Origin: an uncultured Anaerolineaceae bacterium
Lineage (GTDB): Bacteria; Chloroflexota; Limnocylindria; Limnocylindrales; CSP1-4
Assembly (NCBI GenBank): GCA_964518505.1
Contig: CAZFGT010000004.1
Span: 29,114-93,113 of the forward strand
DNA length: 64,000 bases
Direction of reading: 5' to 3'
Shown here: positions 35,371 through 46,719 of the stretch, piece after piece
Position numbering within the stretch: position 1 is the first letter of the stretch
Layout: each line of letters opens with the position of its first letter
Notes under the pieces: model-generated
What the model saw: only the letters and a program-made list of their open reading frames with translations
What the model was told of the DNA's origin: nothing
Databases searched by the model: none
Made by a program: the position numbers and the translations under genes

Positions 35371-36395
35371 GCCGGCGACGGGCCGGCGATGAGCCGCTCC
35401 GCGACCGCCAGCACGATCGCCTGCGCCTCCGCCAGCGGGGCCGCCACCGTCGCGCCGGCGGCGCGCGCATGGCCGCCGCCGCCCCACGTCCCGGCCAGCT
35501 GCGTGGCATCGATGCCGCCGTCGCGGGTGCGGATGCTGAGACGGGTCTGGTGGCCGGCCTCCTTGAAGAGGATGGCGATGTCGGCGGTGGCGGATTGGCT
35601 CAGCAGGTCGATCAGGCCCTCCGAGTCAGAGGCGTCGCTGCCGGTGGCGGCCAGGTCGGCCTCCTCCAGGCGACTCCACACGAGACGGCCATCCGCGGCG
35701 CTCTCCAGGCGCGCCAGGACCACGCCGAACAGCTTCAGCTGGCGGTTGGGCTTGGTGCGGTAGAGGCGCCGCGACGTTTCGTACAGCGGCGCCCCGGCGG
35801 CCACGAGCTCGGCCGCCACCCGCAGCGTGCGGGCGGTCGTGTTGGGGTGCTGGAAGGTGGCCGTGTCGATGACCAGCCCGGCCATCAGGCTCGTCGCGAG
35901 TTGCCCCCCGGCGATCCCCAGGGGGACCTCCAGCCGGGCGGCCAGCAGCGTCGTCATCTCGCACGTGGCGGCGGCCGACGGGTCGATCCAGTCCACCGCC
36001 CCGAAACCCGGGTTGGACTTGTGGTGGTCGATGTCCAGGATGGGCACCCGCCCGAACAACTCGGCGTGATCGCGCAGGAGCGGGCCGACCCGCTCCAGCT
36101 CCCCGCAGTCGCCGACCACGATGAGGTCGTAGGCCACGCCCGGTTCGGGGGCCCGGCGGAAGCGCGAGAGGCCCGGCATGAAGTCGTACATGGGCGGCAC
36201 CGCGTCGGCGCAGATGGGCCACGCGGTGCCCCCCAGGGCCTCCACGAGGAGCGCATGGGCGAGCGCCGAGCCGAGCGCGTCGGCCTCCGGGTTCTCGTGG
36301 CAGACCGTGAGGACGCGGCGAGCGCCACGCAGCGTGGCCACGACCGCCTCAGGGACGGCGGCGACGTCGGCCGCAGTGAGCGAGGTGAGCGTCAC
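35367..36395 (-). CDS. DHH/DHHA1 phosphoesterase (NrnA-like bifunctional oligoribonuclease/pAp phosphatase)
   Basis: ...VLTVCHENPEADALGS..., DIDHHKSN, C-terminal GGGGHARAAG. Confidence 0.8.
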   Translation of the reverse strand: MTLTSLTAADVAAVPEAVVATLRGARRVLTVCHENPEADALGSALAHALLVEALGGTAWPICADAVPPMYDFMPGLSRFRRAPEPGVAYDLIVVGDCGELERVGPLLRDHAELFGRVPILDIDHHKSNPGFGAVDWIDPSAAATCEMTTLLAARLEVPLGIAGGQLATSLMAGLVIDTATFQHPNTTARTLRVAAELVAAGAPLYETSRRLYRTKPNRQLKLFGVVLARLESAADGRLVWSRLEEADLAATGSDASDSEGLIDLLSQSATADIAILFKEAGHQTRLSIRTRDGGIDATQLAGTWGGGGHARAAGATVAAPLAEAQAIVLAVAERLIAGPSPA

Positions 36396-36847
36396 TTGCT
36401 GCGCCTTGGCCGGCGCGGCTGGCGGGGCGGCCGCGGCTCGGGGGTGGCGCGTGCGGCGATGGCCGGCGTGGGCAGCGTCTCGTCGAGCGGCAGAGCGGTC
36501 GGATCGGCATGGCCCGCCTCCAGCTCCTCGATGAGGTGCAGCACGCGCGTGCCGCGCAGGACGGTCTCGTCCTCGCGCAGGTGCAATTCGGGGATGCGCT
36601 TGAGGCGCAGCTCGCCAAGACGGTGCCGCAGGAACGGCATGGCGCGGCCCAGCGCCCGCATCGCCTCGCGGCGTTCATCGGGCTGGCCGATGAGTGACAC
36701 CCACACCGTGGCGTGGCGCAGGTCGGGGGTCACGTCGACCTTGCTGACCGTCACGAACCCGATGCGCGGGTCGTGGACCTCACGCGCGATGAGGCCGCTC
36801 AGTTCCTCCTGGAGCAGGGCGTCCAGGCGGGGCACACGCGCGCTCAT
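36392..36847 (-). CDS. rbfA: Ribosome-binding factor A
   Basis: RVPRLDALLQEELSGLIAREVHDPRIGFVTVSKVDVTPDLRHATVWVSL. Confidence 0.85.
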   Translation of the reverse strand: MSARVPRLDALLQEELSGLIAREVHDPRIGFVTVSKVDVTPDLRHATVWVSLIGQPDERREAMRALGRAMPFLRHRLGELRLKRIPELHLREDETVLRGTRVLHLIEELEAGHADPTALPLDETLPTPAIAARATPEPRPPRQPRRPRRSK

Positions 36848-36875
36848 GCCGCTGGTCCCCGTCGCCCGCGGAGGA

Positions 36876-38768
36876 CTAGGACGAGGCCGCGCGCGACACC
36901 GTCTGCTGGGTGAAGCATTCGATGATGTCGCCCTCCGCCAGTTCGTGGTAGCCGGCCAGGCCGATGCCGCACTCGAAGCCGGTGCCGACCTCGCGCACGT
37001 CGTCCTTGAAGCGACGCAGGGATTCGATGCGGTCGGTGGCGATCAGCTTGCCGCCCCGATACACGCGGGCCCCGCCGCGGACGATGCGCCCCTCGGTGAC
37101 ATAGGAGCCGGCGATGACCGCGCTCTTGCCCACCTTGAAGATCTGGCGCACCTCGGCCCTGCCTTCGACGGTCTCCACCAGCTCCGGCTCGAGGAGGCCC
37201 TTGAGGGCGGCCTCGATGTCGTCGGTCAGCTTGTAGATGATGTCGTAGAGGCGGATGTCGACCCCTTCGGCCTCGGCCGCCCGGCGGGCCGTCGGATCGA
37301 GCTTCGTACTGAAGCCCACGATGATGGCTTCGGACGCCGAGGCCAGCAGGACGTCGTTGTCGGTGATGTCGCCGGTGCCCTCGCGGATGATGTTGATGTG
37401 GACCTCGTCGGTGGCCACTTGCTCGACGGCGTGGTGGATGGCCCCCAGCGAACCCTGCACGTCGGCCTTGATGATGAGCCGCAGCTCCTTGGTCTGACCC
37501 GCCTGGATCTGGCGATAGAGGTCCTCCAGGGTCGCCCGGCCGGTCCCTTCGGGCCGCGCGGCGGAGGCGCGCCGCTGGTCGATCATGGCGCGCGCGGTCT
37601 TCTCGTCGGCCACGACGCGCAGGACGTCACCGGCGGCCGGCACCTCGGCCAGGCCCAGCAGCACGAGGGCGGCCGACGGCCCACCCTTGCTGACGCGCTC
37701 GCCCTTGCTGTTCTCGAGCGCTCGCACGCGCCCGGACGTGTCGCCTACGACGACCGTGTCGCCGACGCGCAGCGTGCCGGTCTGGATGAGGATGGTGGCC
37801 ACCGCGCCGCGGCCCTTGTCGAGCTCGGCCTCCACGACCGTGCCGATGGCCGGCCGCTTGGGGTCGGCCCGCAGGTCCTGCAGGTCGGCCACCAGGAGGA
37901 CCATCTCGAGCAGGTCGTCGATGCCCAGGCGCTGCTTGGCGCTGACCTGGACGAGGGGCACGTCGCCGCCGTAGTCCTCGACCACGACGCCGTGCTCCGA
38001 CAGCTCGGTCTTGACGCGGTCGGGGTTGGCGTCCGGCTTGTCGATCTTGTTGAGGGCGATGATGATCGGCACCTTGGCCGCGCGGGCGTGGTCGATGGCC
38101 TCCAGCGTCTGGGGCATCACGCCGTCGTCGGCGGCGACCACCAGGACGGCGATGTCGGTGACCTTGGCGCCGCGGGCGCGCATCGCAGTGAAGGCCTCGT
38201 GACCGGGCGTATCCAGGAAGACGATGCGCCGGCCGTTGTGGGTGACCTCGCTGGCGCCGATGTGCTGGGTGATGCCGCCGCGCTCGCCGCCGGCGATGTC
38301 CGTGGTGCGGATGGCGTCGAGGAGGCTCGTCTTGCCGTGGTCGACGTGGCCCATGACGGTCACGATCGGGGCGCGCGGCACGAGCTTGGTCGGGTCGGCG
38401 TCCTCGAAGAGGACCTCCTTGGTGGCCTCGGAGACGGGCGCCTCGCCGTTGGCCTCGGCCGGCTCAGCGGCGGTCGCCTCGGCGATCTCGTAGCCAAGCT
38501 CGCCGGCCACGAGGCTGGCCGTGTCGCGGTCGACCAGCTGGTTGATCGTGGCGAAGATGCCGCTCTTGATCAACTCGCGGATGACGTCCGCGACGTTCAC
38601 GCCGAGCAGCTCGGCCAGCTCCTTGACCGTCAGCGAGGCCGGGATCTCGACCGCGCCACGCTCGGTGGGGTCGATGACCTGGACGACCGTCGCGCCGCTC
38701 TGGAGGGGGGTGCGGGGGGGCTTGCGGGGACCGCGCCGGTTGCGCGTCCCGCTGCGGCTACGCGCCAT
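36876..38768 (-). CDS. infB: Translation initiation factor IF-2 (short form)
   Basis: G-domain [22 protein letters not shown]-terminal beta-barrels. Start at Met-7 (38768) to limit the overlap with ylxR. Confidence 0.9.
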   Translation of the reverse strand: MARSRSGTRNRRGPRKPPRTPLQSGATVVQVIDPTERGAVEIPASLTVKELAELLGVNVADVIRELIKSGIFATINQLVDRDTASLVAGELGYEIAEATAAEPAEANGEAPVSEATKEVLFEDADPTKLVPRAPIVTVMGHVDHGKTSLLDAIRTTDIAGGERGGITQHIGASEVTHNGRRIVFLDTPGHEAFTAMRARGAKVTDIAVLVVAADDGVMPQTLEAIDHARAAKVPIIIALNKIDKPDANPDRVKTELSEHGVVVEDYGGDVPLVQVSAKQRLGIDDLLEMVLLVADLQDLRADPKRPAIGTVVEAELDKGRGAVATILIQTGTLRVGDTVVVGDTSGRVRALENSKGERVSKGGPSAALVLLGLAEVPAAGDVLRVVADEKTARAMIDQRRASAARPEGTGRATLEDLYRQIQAGQTKELRLIIKADVQGSLGAIHHAVEQVATDEVHINIIREGTGDITDNDVLLASASEAIIVGFSTKLDPTARRAAEAEGVDIRLYDIIYKLTDDIEAALKGLLEPELVETVEGRAEVRQIFKVGKSAVIAGSYVTEGRIVRGGARVYRGGKLIATDRIESLRRFKDDVREVGTGFECGIGLAGYHELAEGDIIECFTQQTVSRAASS

Positions 38769-39048
38769 GGGGGTCTCCTTGGGCATGCATCATGGGTCCG
38801 GCCTGCAACTGGGCGAGCAGGTCGGCGGGAAGTTCGGTACCGAGGGCGTGCTGGATCGCGCCGCGCTTGAGGGCGGTCGCCCAGCAGGCGCCATCGGCGC
38901 ACAGGTAGGCCCCGCGTCCGGCGCGGCGCCCGGTGGTGTCAAGGGTCAGGCCGCCGTCGGGCAGGCGCACGACGCGGATGAGCTCACGCTTGGTCCGCTC
39001 CGTGCGGCACGCCACGCACGTCCGCATCGGCTGGCGGCGAGGCGCCAT
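38758..39048 (-). CDS. YlxR/DUF448 family RNA-binding protein
   Basis: PMRTCVACRTERTKRELIRVVRLPDGGLTLDTTGRRAGRGAYLC in the standard nusA-ylxR-infB position. Confidence 0.75.
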   Translation of the reverse strand: MAPRRQPMRTCVACRTERTKRELIRVVRLPDGGLTLDTTGRRAGRGAYLCADGACWATALKRGAIQHALGTELPADLLAQLQAGPMMHAQGDPHGA

Positions 39049-39059
39049 CGTGGACGCCG

Positions 39060-40415
39060 CTATGATGCGGCCTCCTCGACAGGAGCCTTCTTGCGCGACG
39101 CGCGCTTGGGCTTGGCCTCGGCGGCGGGCCCCTCCGCCTCGACGACGGCTGCGGGTGCCTCGGCGGCCGTGGCCTTGGTGGTCGCGGCCTTGGCGCGGCT
39201 GGCGCGCTTGGGCTTGGCCTCAGCCGCGACGGTGTCGGGCGCAGCCTCGACGCTGGGGGCTTCGGCGGCGAGCGGCGTCTCAAGGGGCGTTTCGACCGGT
39301 GCGGCAGCGGCTTCGGGGGCCTCGGTGGCGGCAGCTGCCCGGGCCAGCGGCCGTGGGGGCGCATCGGCGGCGGGCACCTGGTCGGATCGGATATCGATGC
39401 GCCAGCCGGTCATCTTGGCCGCCAGGCGCGCGTTCTGGCCCTCCCGGCCGATGGCCAGCGAGAGCATCCGCTCGGGGACGGTGACGCTCGCGACGCGAGC
39501 CTCCTCGTCGATGTGGACGGCCACGACCTGGGCCGGGCTCAGGGCGTTGGCGACCAGCGTGGCCGGATCGTCCGACCACGGGATGATGTCGATCTTCTCG
39601 CCGCCCAGCTCGGCCACCACGGCCTGCACCCGGCCGCCACGCTGGCCGACCGTCGCGCCGACGGGGTCCAGGCCCTCCTGGCGGCTGGCCACGGCGACCT
39701 TGCTGCGGCTGCCGGCCTCACGGGCGATGGCCCGGATCTCGACCGCACCGCTGTGGATCTCCGGTACCTCGAGCTCGAAGAGGCGCCGCAGGAAGCCCTT
39801 GTGGGTGCGGCTGACGTAGATCTGGGGACCCTTGGTGGTGCGGCGGACCTCAAGCACGTAGGCCTTCACGTGCTGGCCGATGCGGTAGTGCTCCATGGTC
39901 GACTGCTCGGTCGTGGCCAGGATGGCGTCCACCCGCTCGGGCTCACGGCCCACGTCGAGGATGATGGCGCGCGGCTCGACGCGGCTGACCGTGCCGGTGA
40001 CGATCTCGCCTTCCATGGCCGCGTAACGCCCGAAGGTCTGCTCGCGCTCGACCTCGCGGAAGCGCTGCATGAAGACCTGGCGTGCGGTCTGGGCGTGGGT
40101 GCGCAGGAGCGTGTCGGCGTCCACCTGGGCAAACTCGACCCGGTCACCGACCACGGCGTCGGCCTTGAAGGCCCGCGCCTCGTCGACGCTGAACTGCGTC
40201 TCCGCGTCCTCGACCTCGTCGACCACCGTCTTGGCCCGGTAGACGCGGATCGCGCCCGTCTGGCCGTTGACCTCGACCCCGATGTTCTCGTTACCGGGCG
40301 CGGCGCGACGGTAGGCCGACTCGATGGCCTCTTCGACGGTGCGCACCAGGGCATCCTGTGAGATGCCCTTCTCGGCATTCAACTGGAGAAGGGCGCCGAC
40401 CAGATCGCGGCTCAC
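39060..40415 (-). CDS. nusA: Transcription termination/antitermination factor NusA
   Basis: GTG start 7 nt after AGGAGGAGG. N-terminal domain, S1, two KH; Ala/Lys-rich acidic C-tail. Confidence 0.9.
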   Translation of the reverse strand: MSRDLVGALLQLNAEKGISQDALVRTVEEAIESAYRRAAPGNENIGVEVNGQTGAIRVYRAKTVVDEVEDAETQFSVDEARAFKADAVVGDRVEFAQVDADTLLRTHAQTARQVFMQRFREVEREQTFGRYAAMEGEIVTGTVSRVEPRAIILDVGREPERVDAILATTEQSTMEHYRIGQHVKAYVLEVRRTTKGPQIYVSRTHKGFLRRLFELEVPEIHSGAVEIRAIAREAGSRSKVAVASRQEGLDPVGATVGQRGGRVQAVVAELGGEKIDIIPWSDDPATLVANALSPAQVVAVHIDEEARVASVTVPERMLSLAIGREGQNARLAAKMTGWRIDIRSDQVPAADAPPRPLARAAAATEAPEAAAAPVETPLETPLAAEAPSVEAAPDTVAAEAKPKRASRAKAATTKATAAEAPAAVVEAEGPAAEAKPKRASRKKAPVEEAAS

Positions 40416-40467
40416 GTTGCGCCTCCTCCTCTCAGTGCCTCGATGGCGGGGCGACCACTCAACAAAG

Positions 40468-40526
40468 AACGTGGGGGTCACCCACGTCTTGAGGCGGCCG
40501 GACCGATGCTCGGCGAAGTATAGCAG
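40468..40526 (-). promoter_or_regulatory. nusA promoter extended -10 (TGCTATACT) and leader hairpin ACGUGGG-GGUCA-CCCACGU
   Basis: Minus-strand GGGCTGCTATACTTCGCC ~100 nt upstream of the nusA GTG; 7-bp perfect hairpin ~50 nt upstream of the start. Confidence 0.35.
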
Positions 40527-40619
40527 CCCACGCTCCCACGCTCCCGGGCGCGATCGGCCGAGCTTGGGCTGAGCGGCCCTGCGCGGGGGCGTCTGAAAGC
40601 GGCCGCGGCGCCGCGAGAA

Positions 40620-40860
40620 CCTGGTCAGATGTGACCCGGGGGCACGTTAGGGCCGGTGTTCGACGTGCGGGCGGGCACCTTGGGCGCCGCTCGGGCTCTG
40701 GTCGTTGCGTGGCGGCGCTCGTCCGACGCCCGGCCACGCCGCTGACCGGCCGCCCGAGGCGCTGCGAACCGCCCCAACGTGCCCGGGAGTCAGGTTTGAC
40801 CAGGTCCCGGCCGTGAGCCGTCGCCGCGACCGGCTCGCGCCCCGAATGTGGTCACCGACC
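40620..40860 (+). repeat. Intergenic repeat element copy B (core 40620..40804, plus partial third end 40845..40860)
   Basis: Left end CCTGGTCAGATGTGACCCGGGGGCACGTTAGGGCCG. Right end GTGCCCGGGAGTCAGGTTTGACCAGG. Extra AATGTGGTCACCGACC matches the sequence preceding copy A. The 29-nt left-end core is ~90% identical between copies. Confidence 0.5.
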
Positions 40861-41099
40861 AATCCGGGTGGTACTGGAGCGACTCCGCGCCGCTCGTGCG
40901 GCTCTCTTGCGGTTTCCGGTGGCTCGGCTTGGTTTGTGCGGCCGCACGGAGGCGGCCCCCATGACCGTCTCCGAGGCCGCGCAGAAGCGTGACACCTGCG
41001 CCAATACCACCCCGGTTGGTGGATGGACAGGTTCGCGCCCGCGGCCGGACGCGGCGCGGCCCGGACGAAGAGGCCCGGCGCCGGCCCCCGGCCCGACCC

Positions 41100-42560
41100 C
41101 TAGTAGGCTCGGGCGAAGAGCACCCGGCGCGCGGAGGGTCGGCCGTCGACGAGGCACGTGCCGGCCTCGTCGGGCGAGTCGAAGGGGATGACGCGGATGG
41201 TGGCGCCGGTCTCATCGCTGACGCGCCGCTCGCAGGCGGCATCGCCGCACCATGGCGCCATGGCGAAACCGCCCTCCCCTTCCATGAGCGCCTTGAGGTC
41301 GTCGAGCGTGTCGAGCCGGTGGGTGTTGGCCTCGCGGAAGTCGAGCGCCCGCTGGAACAGGGCTTGCTGGTAGGCGGCCAGGCGCCCCGGCAGGTCGGCG
41401 GCCAGCGCATCCAGGGCGATCGGCTCCTTGGCCCGGTCCACCCGGCGTACCAGGACACCCTGCCCGGCGGCCACGTCGCGCGGCCCCACTTCCAGGCGGT
41501 AGGGCACGCCGCGCAGCTCCCAGTGGTTGTACTTGAAACCGGGCGACTCTTCGCGGCGGTCGACCTTGACGCGCAGCGGCCCGGAGGCGGTCGTGACGTC
41601 CTTGAGCGCGGCCTCCAGCGGCCCGAGTGCGGCCTCCACCGCGGAGCGGTCATCCTCCGAGCGGAAGATGGGCACGATCGCGACCTGGGTGGGCGCCACG
41701 TTGGGCGGCAGCACGAGCCCCGAGTCGTCGCCGTGGGCCATGATCGTCGCGCCGACCATGCGCGTGGAGAAGCCCCACGACGTGCCCCAGGGGTGCTTGC
41801 GCACGTTGTCGCGGTCCAGGTACTCGATCCCGGCCGAGCGGGCGAAGTTCTGGCCGAGCATGTGGCTGGTGCCGGCCTGGAGCGCCTTCCGGTCGCGCAT
41901 CATCGCTTCGATGGAATCGCTGTAGACGGCCCCGGGAAACTTCTCGCCCTCGCTCTTGCGGCCCTTGATGACGGGGATCGCCAGCCAGTCCTCGGAGACC
42001 TGCCGGTAGGCCTCCAGGCCGGTCGCCACCTCGGCCGCCGCCTCCTCTTCCGTGGCGTGGAAGGTGTGGGCCTCCTGCCACAGGAACTCGGCCGTGCGCA
42101 GGAAGAGCCGCGTACGCAGCTCCCAGCGCACGACGTTGTTCCACAGGTTCATCAGCACGGGCAGGTCGCGATAGGACTGGATCCAGTCCTTGACCGAGTC
42201 GGCGATGATCGCCTCGCTGGTCGGCCGCACGGCCAGCCACTCGGTCAGCGGCTCACCGCCGGCGTGGGTGACCCAGGCCACCTGGGGGTTGAAGCCCTCG
42301 ACGTGCTCGGCCTCCTTCTCCAGGAGCGAGCGCGGCACGAAGAGCGGGAAGTAGACGTTCTCGTGGCCCGTCGCCTTGATGTGACGGTCCAGCTCGTCGC
42401 GCATCGACTCCCAGATGGCGAAGCCGTACGGCCGGATGATCATGCAGCCGCGCACCGGCGAGTAGTCGGCCAGCTGGCCCTTCAGGACGACGTCGTTGTA
42501 CCAGCCGGGGAAGTCCTCCGACTGGCGCGTGATGCTGCTGACGAAGCCGGCCTTGGCCAT
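41100..42560 (-). CDS. proS: Proline--tRNA ligase, archaeal/eukaryote-like type (no INS editing domain, C-terminal Zn-binding domain)
   Basis: 486 aa from the ATG with GGAGGA RBS; class II motifs ...IRPYGFAIWE..., ...FRDEL..., C-terminal ...CGDAACERRV.... Confidence 0.9.
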   Translation of the reverse strand: MAKAGFVSSITRQSEDFPGWYNDVVLKGQLADYSPVRGCMIIRPYGFAIWESMRDELDRHIKATGHENVYFPLFVPRSLLEKEAEHVEGFNPQVAWVTHAGGEPLTEWLAVRPTSEAIIADSVKDWIQSYRDLPVLMNLWNNVVRWELRTRLFLRTAEFLWQEAHTFHATEEEAAAEVATGLEAYRQVSEDWLAIPVIKGRKSEGEKFPGAVYSDSIEAMMRDRKALQAGTSHMLGQNFARSAGIEYLDRDNVRKHPWGTSWGFSTRMVGATIMAHGDDSGLVLPPNVAPTQVAIVPIFRSEDDRSAVEAALGPLEAALKDVTTASGPLRVKVDRREESPGFKYNHWELRGVPYRLEVGPRDVAAGQGVLVRRVDRAKEPIALDALAADLPGRLAAYQQALFQRALDFREANTHRLDTLDDLKALMEGEGGFAMAPWCGDAACERRVSDETGATIRVIPFDSPDEAGTCLVDGRPSARRVLFARAY

Positions 42561-42637
42561 GGTTGAGCGAGGTCCTCCGAATGGGGCGGAGCGGCTATGG
42601 TACCGAAGCGACACCATCGACACGAGGAGACCGGCCC

Positions 42638-43003
42638 ATGCGCAACCTGCGCGACATCACCGACCAGCCGCTCATCCGGGTGTGGGACGGCGTGGCCGCG
42701 CGGACCGTGGAGGGCGAGCGGATCACCCTGGCCGTCGTGGAGCTCGATCCCGATGCTCACGTGCCCGAGCACCGGCACTCCAACGAGCAGATGGGCATGG
42801 TGATCCGGGGCACGGTGAACTTCCGCATCGGCACGGAAACGCGCACGTTCGGGCCGGGCGGCACGTGGTGCATCCTGGCGAACGAGCCGCACGAGGTCAG
42901 TGTCGGCCCGGAGGGCGCCCAGTTGCTTGACATCTTCTCGCCGGTCCGCGAGGACTGGCACCAGCTGCCGATCCTGCCGCCGCGGCCGCCGCGCTGGCCC
43001 TGA
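42638..43003 (+). CDS. Cupin domain protein
   Basis: ...HVPEHRHSNEQMGMVIRGTVNFRIGTETRTFGPGGTWCILANEPHEVS... cupin His/Glu motifs; ATG preceded by GAGGAGA. Confidence 0.7.
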   Translation: MRNLRDITDQPLIRVWDGVAARTVEGERITLAVVELDPDAHVPEHRHSNEQMGMVIRGTVNFRIGTETRTFGPGGTWCILANEPHEVSVGPEGAQLLDIFSPVREDWHQLPILPPRPPRWP

Positions 43004-43030
43004 TCGCGGGGCGCCAGCGTCCGACCGGAG

Positions 43031-44304
<1,274 letters not shown>

Positions 44305-44305
<1 letters not shown>

Positions 44306-45495
44306 CAGCCGCCGCCCGGCCGGGTGATGTCGAAGTAGCTGATCCACAGGATGAAGGCGATGAGCAGCCCGAACCCGACCAGGTAGGTGGCCGCCTCCGC
44401 CCTCGTGCTGAGGCGCGGCCCGACGACCTTCTTGATCACACCGACCAGGACCCGACCGCCGTCCAACGGCGGAATCGGCAGGGTATTGATGACGGCCAGG
44501 TTGGCCGAGAGGAGCGCGACCAGGTAGACCAGGAAGATCGGCGGGTTCTCCGTGCGGACCTGGCCCACGATGCCGACGATGCCGATCGGACCGGCGACCT
44601 GCGGGCTGGCCAGGTTGCCGATCAGACCGCCGACGGCCGTGATGACCGTCGTCGCTGCCTCCACGGTCCGCTGGGCGCCGAGGCTCAGAGCGTCAGTCAG
44701 GCTGCGGCTGATGGGCGGGCCGGCGTCATACCTCCAACCCACGATCCCGAGCGCGCCCTGCCCGGTGGTCTTGCCATCGACGAGCGGTGCGTTGTTGGCG
44801 ACGTCTGCGGTGTTGAGCAGCACGTTCACGTCCTGTGTGGTGCCGTCGGCGTGGAGCAGGGAGAGCGTGACCTGCTGGCCAGAGTGCGCCTTGATGTAGA
44901 GGATGCCGGCGTTGGGCTCACCGCTAGGACCCGCGTCGAACCAGGCGAACTGATGGCCGTCGATGGCCGTGATCAGGTCGCCGGAGTCGTCGTAGATCGG
45001 CGCGTCGGCCGTCCCTCCGACTTTCGCGCTGGGTCGCAGACCGGCGGCGGCAGCAGGCGCGACGTGCCCGCTGGTGGTCGCCGGAGCGAGGCCGTCGAGA
45101 CGGATGTCGACCGATGGGTCGGCGAAGCCGGCGATGAAGACGAAGATCACGAACGCCAGCAGCAGGTTCATGGCCACGCCGGCCAGCAGGATGATCGTGC
45201 GCACCTTGAGGGGCTTGTGGCTGAAGCTCCGCGGGTCCTCGGCACGGTCGCCGTCCTCGCCCTCCAGCCGCACGAAGCCGCCGATGGGGAGCCAGTTGAG
45301 CGTGTAGGCCGTCTCGGGGCCCTGGTGGTAGGTGAGCGCCCGCGGCGGCAGCCCGATGCCGAACTCATGCACCCGCACGCCGGCCAGGCGGGCCATCACG
45401 AAATGGCCGAACTCGTGGATCACCACGAGCGCCACCAGGATGGCCAGGACCAGCACGATGTTGATGAGGCTGTTGGCGATGTTGCTGAGGTCCAT
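44305..45495 (-). CDS. rseP: RIP metalloprotease RseP (site-2 protease, M50)
   Basis: [14 protein letters not shown] zinc motif, PDZ region, LDGG motif. Confidence 0.85.
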
Positions 45496-45498
45496 CGG

Positions 45499-46719
45499 TC
45501 AGATCCTGCCCGCGAAGCCGCGGCTGAAGGCCCGCACCTCGGCGTCGAGGGCGAGCACCTCATCGAGGTCCGGGGGCGTCGGGCCGGCCGCGCCGAAACG
45601 GTCAACGGCCGCCTCCGCCAGGCGCCAGACACCGGGGAGGCTCAGCGATCCGGCCAGGAAGCGTTCGACCGCCACCTCGTCGGCGGCGATGAGGGCGGCG
45701 GTCGCCCGCGGGCCCAGCGCGCCGGCCCGGCGCGCGATGGCGAGGGCCGGGAAGCGAGTTTCGTCGACGGGTTGGAAGCTCAGCGTTGCCACCTCGGCGA
45801 GGCTCACCGCCTGGGCCGGGGACGGCACGCGGCGCGGGTAGGTCAGGGCGTACTGGATCGGGAGTCGCATATCGGGTCGTCCGAGTTGTGCCTTGAGCGA
45901 GCCGTCCACGAACTCGACGGCGGAGTGGATGAGGCTCTGCGGGTGGACGACCACGGCCACGCGATCGTATGGGACATCGTACAGCCAGTGCGCCTCGATG
46001 ACCTCCAGGCCCTTGTTCATCAGGGTGGCCGAATCGATCGTGATCTTGGCCCCCATGTGCCACGTGGGATGGGCCAGCGCGTCGGCCGGTCGCACATCCT
46101 CGAGGTCGGCCGGGCCGTTGCGGAACGGCCCGCCGGACGCCGTCAGGATGAGCCGCGCGACCTCACCTGGGTGTTCGCCGGCGAGGCACTGCCAGATCGC
46201 TGAATGCTCCGAATCGATGGGCCGGAGCCAGCCCAGCGGGCTCGCCTGGGCGTCCCCTGGGGTGGCCAGCGCGACCTCGGTGGCACTCCGCCGGGCCAGC
46301 GGCATGACCAGGTGGCCGCCCGCCACCAGCGTCTCCTTGTTGGCCGTGGCCACGATCTTGCCGGCGGTGAGCGCGGCCAGCGTGGCGGGCAGGCTGACGA
46401 GGCCGCCAGTGGCGACGATCACCAGGTCCACGTCGTCTCGTGTGGCGAGGGCCAGGAGCGGGTCGGGTGCTTGTTCGCGGCGGACGCCCGCCGGAAGCTC
46501 GACCGATCGGCCGTCTCCCACGGACACGACCCGCGGCCGGAGCCGGGCCGCCTGGGCGGCCACCATATCCGCATCGCGCCGACCGGCGAGGGCCACCACC
46601 TCGAACTGATCGGGTAGCGCCTCAAGCACCTCGAGCGCCTGCCGGCCGATCGACCCGGTGGAGCCAAGCACGGCGACGCGCCTTCGCCCTGTCGGCTCCC
46701 CTGCCCTAGCGGAAGGCAC
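45499..46719 (-). CDS. dxr: 1-deoxy-D-xylulose 5-phosphate reductoisomerase
   Basis: RVAVLGSTGSIGRQALEV..., ...VATANKETLV..., ...DSEHSAIWQC.... Confidence 0.9.
   Translation of the reverse strand: MPSARAGEPTGRRRVAVLGSTGSIGRQALEVLEALPDQFEVVALAGRRDADMVAAQAARLRPRVVSVGDGRSVELPAGVRREQAPDPLLALATRDDVDLVIVATGGLVSLPATLAALTAGKIVATANKETLVAGGHLVMPLARRSATEVALATPGDAQASPLGWLRPIDSEHSAIWQCLAGEHPGEVARLILTASGGPFRNGPADLEDVRPADALAHPTWHMGAKITIDSATLMNKGLEVIEAHWLYDVPYDRVAVVVHPQSLIHSAVEFVDGSLKAQLGRPDMRLPIQYALTYPRRVPSPAQAVSLAEVATLSFQPVDETRFPALAIARRAGALGPRATAALIAADEVAVERFLAGSLSLPGVWRLAEAAVDRFGAAGPTPPDLDEVLALDAEVRAFSRGFAGRI

Noticed and set aside
35469-38870. 1133-aa plus-strand ORF
   Set aside because: Antisense to the DHH-rbfA-infB genes. 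Low-complexity G/R/A/D composition; spurious.
40416-41099. Possible rimP or tRNA (metY-like) upstream of nusA
   Set aside because: All six frames were translated and show no RimP-like conserved block (EVSSPG..RPL) and no tRNA-like T-arm/anticodon structure. Only the repeat element and promoter-like motifs were found.
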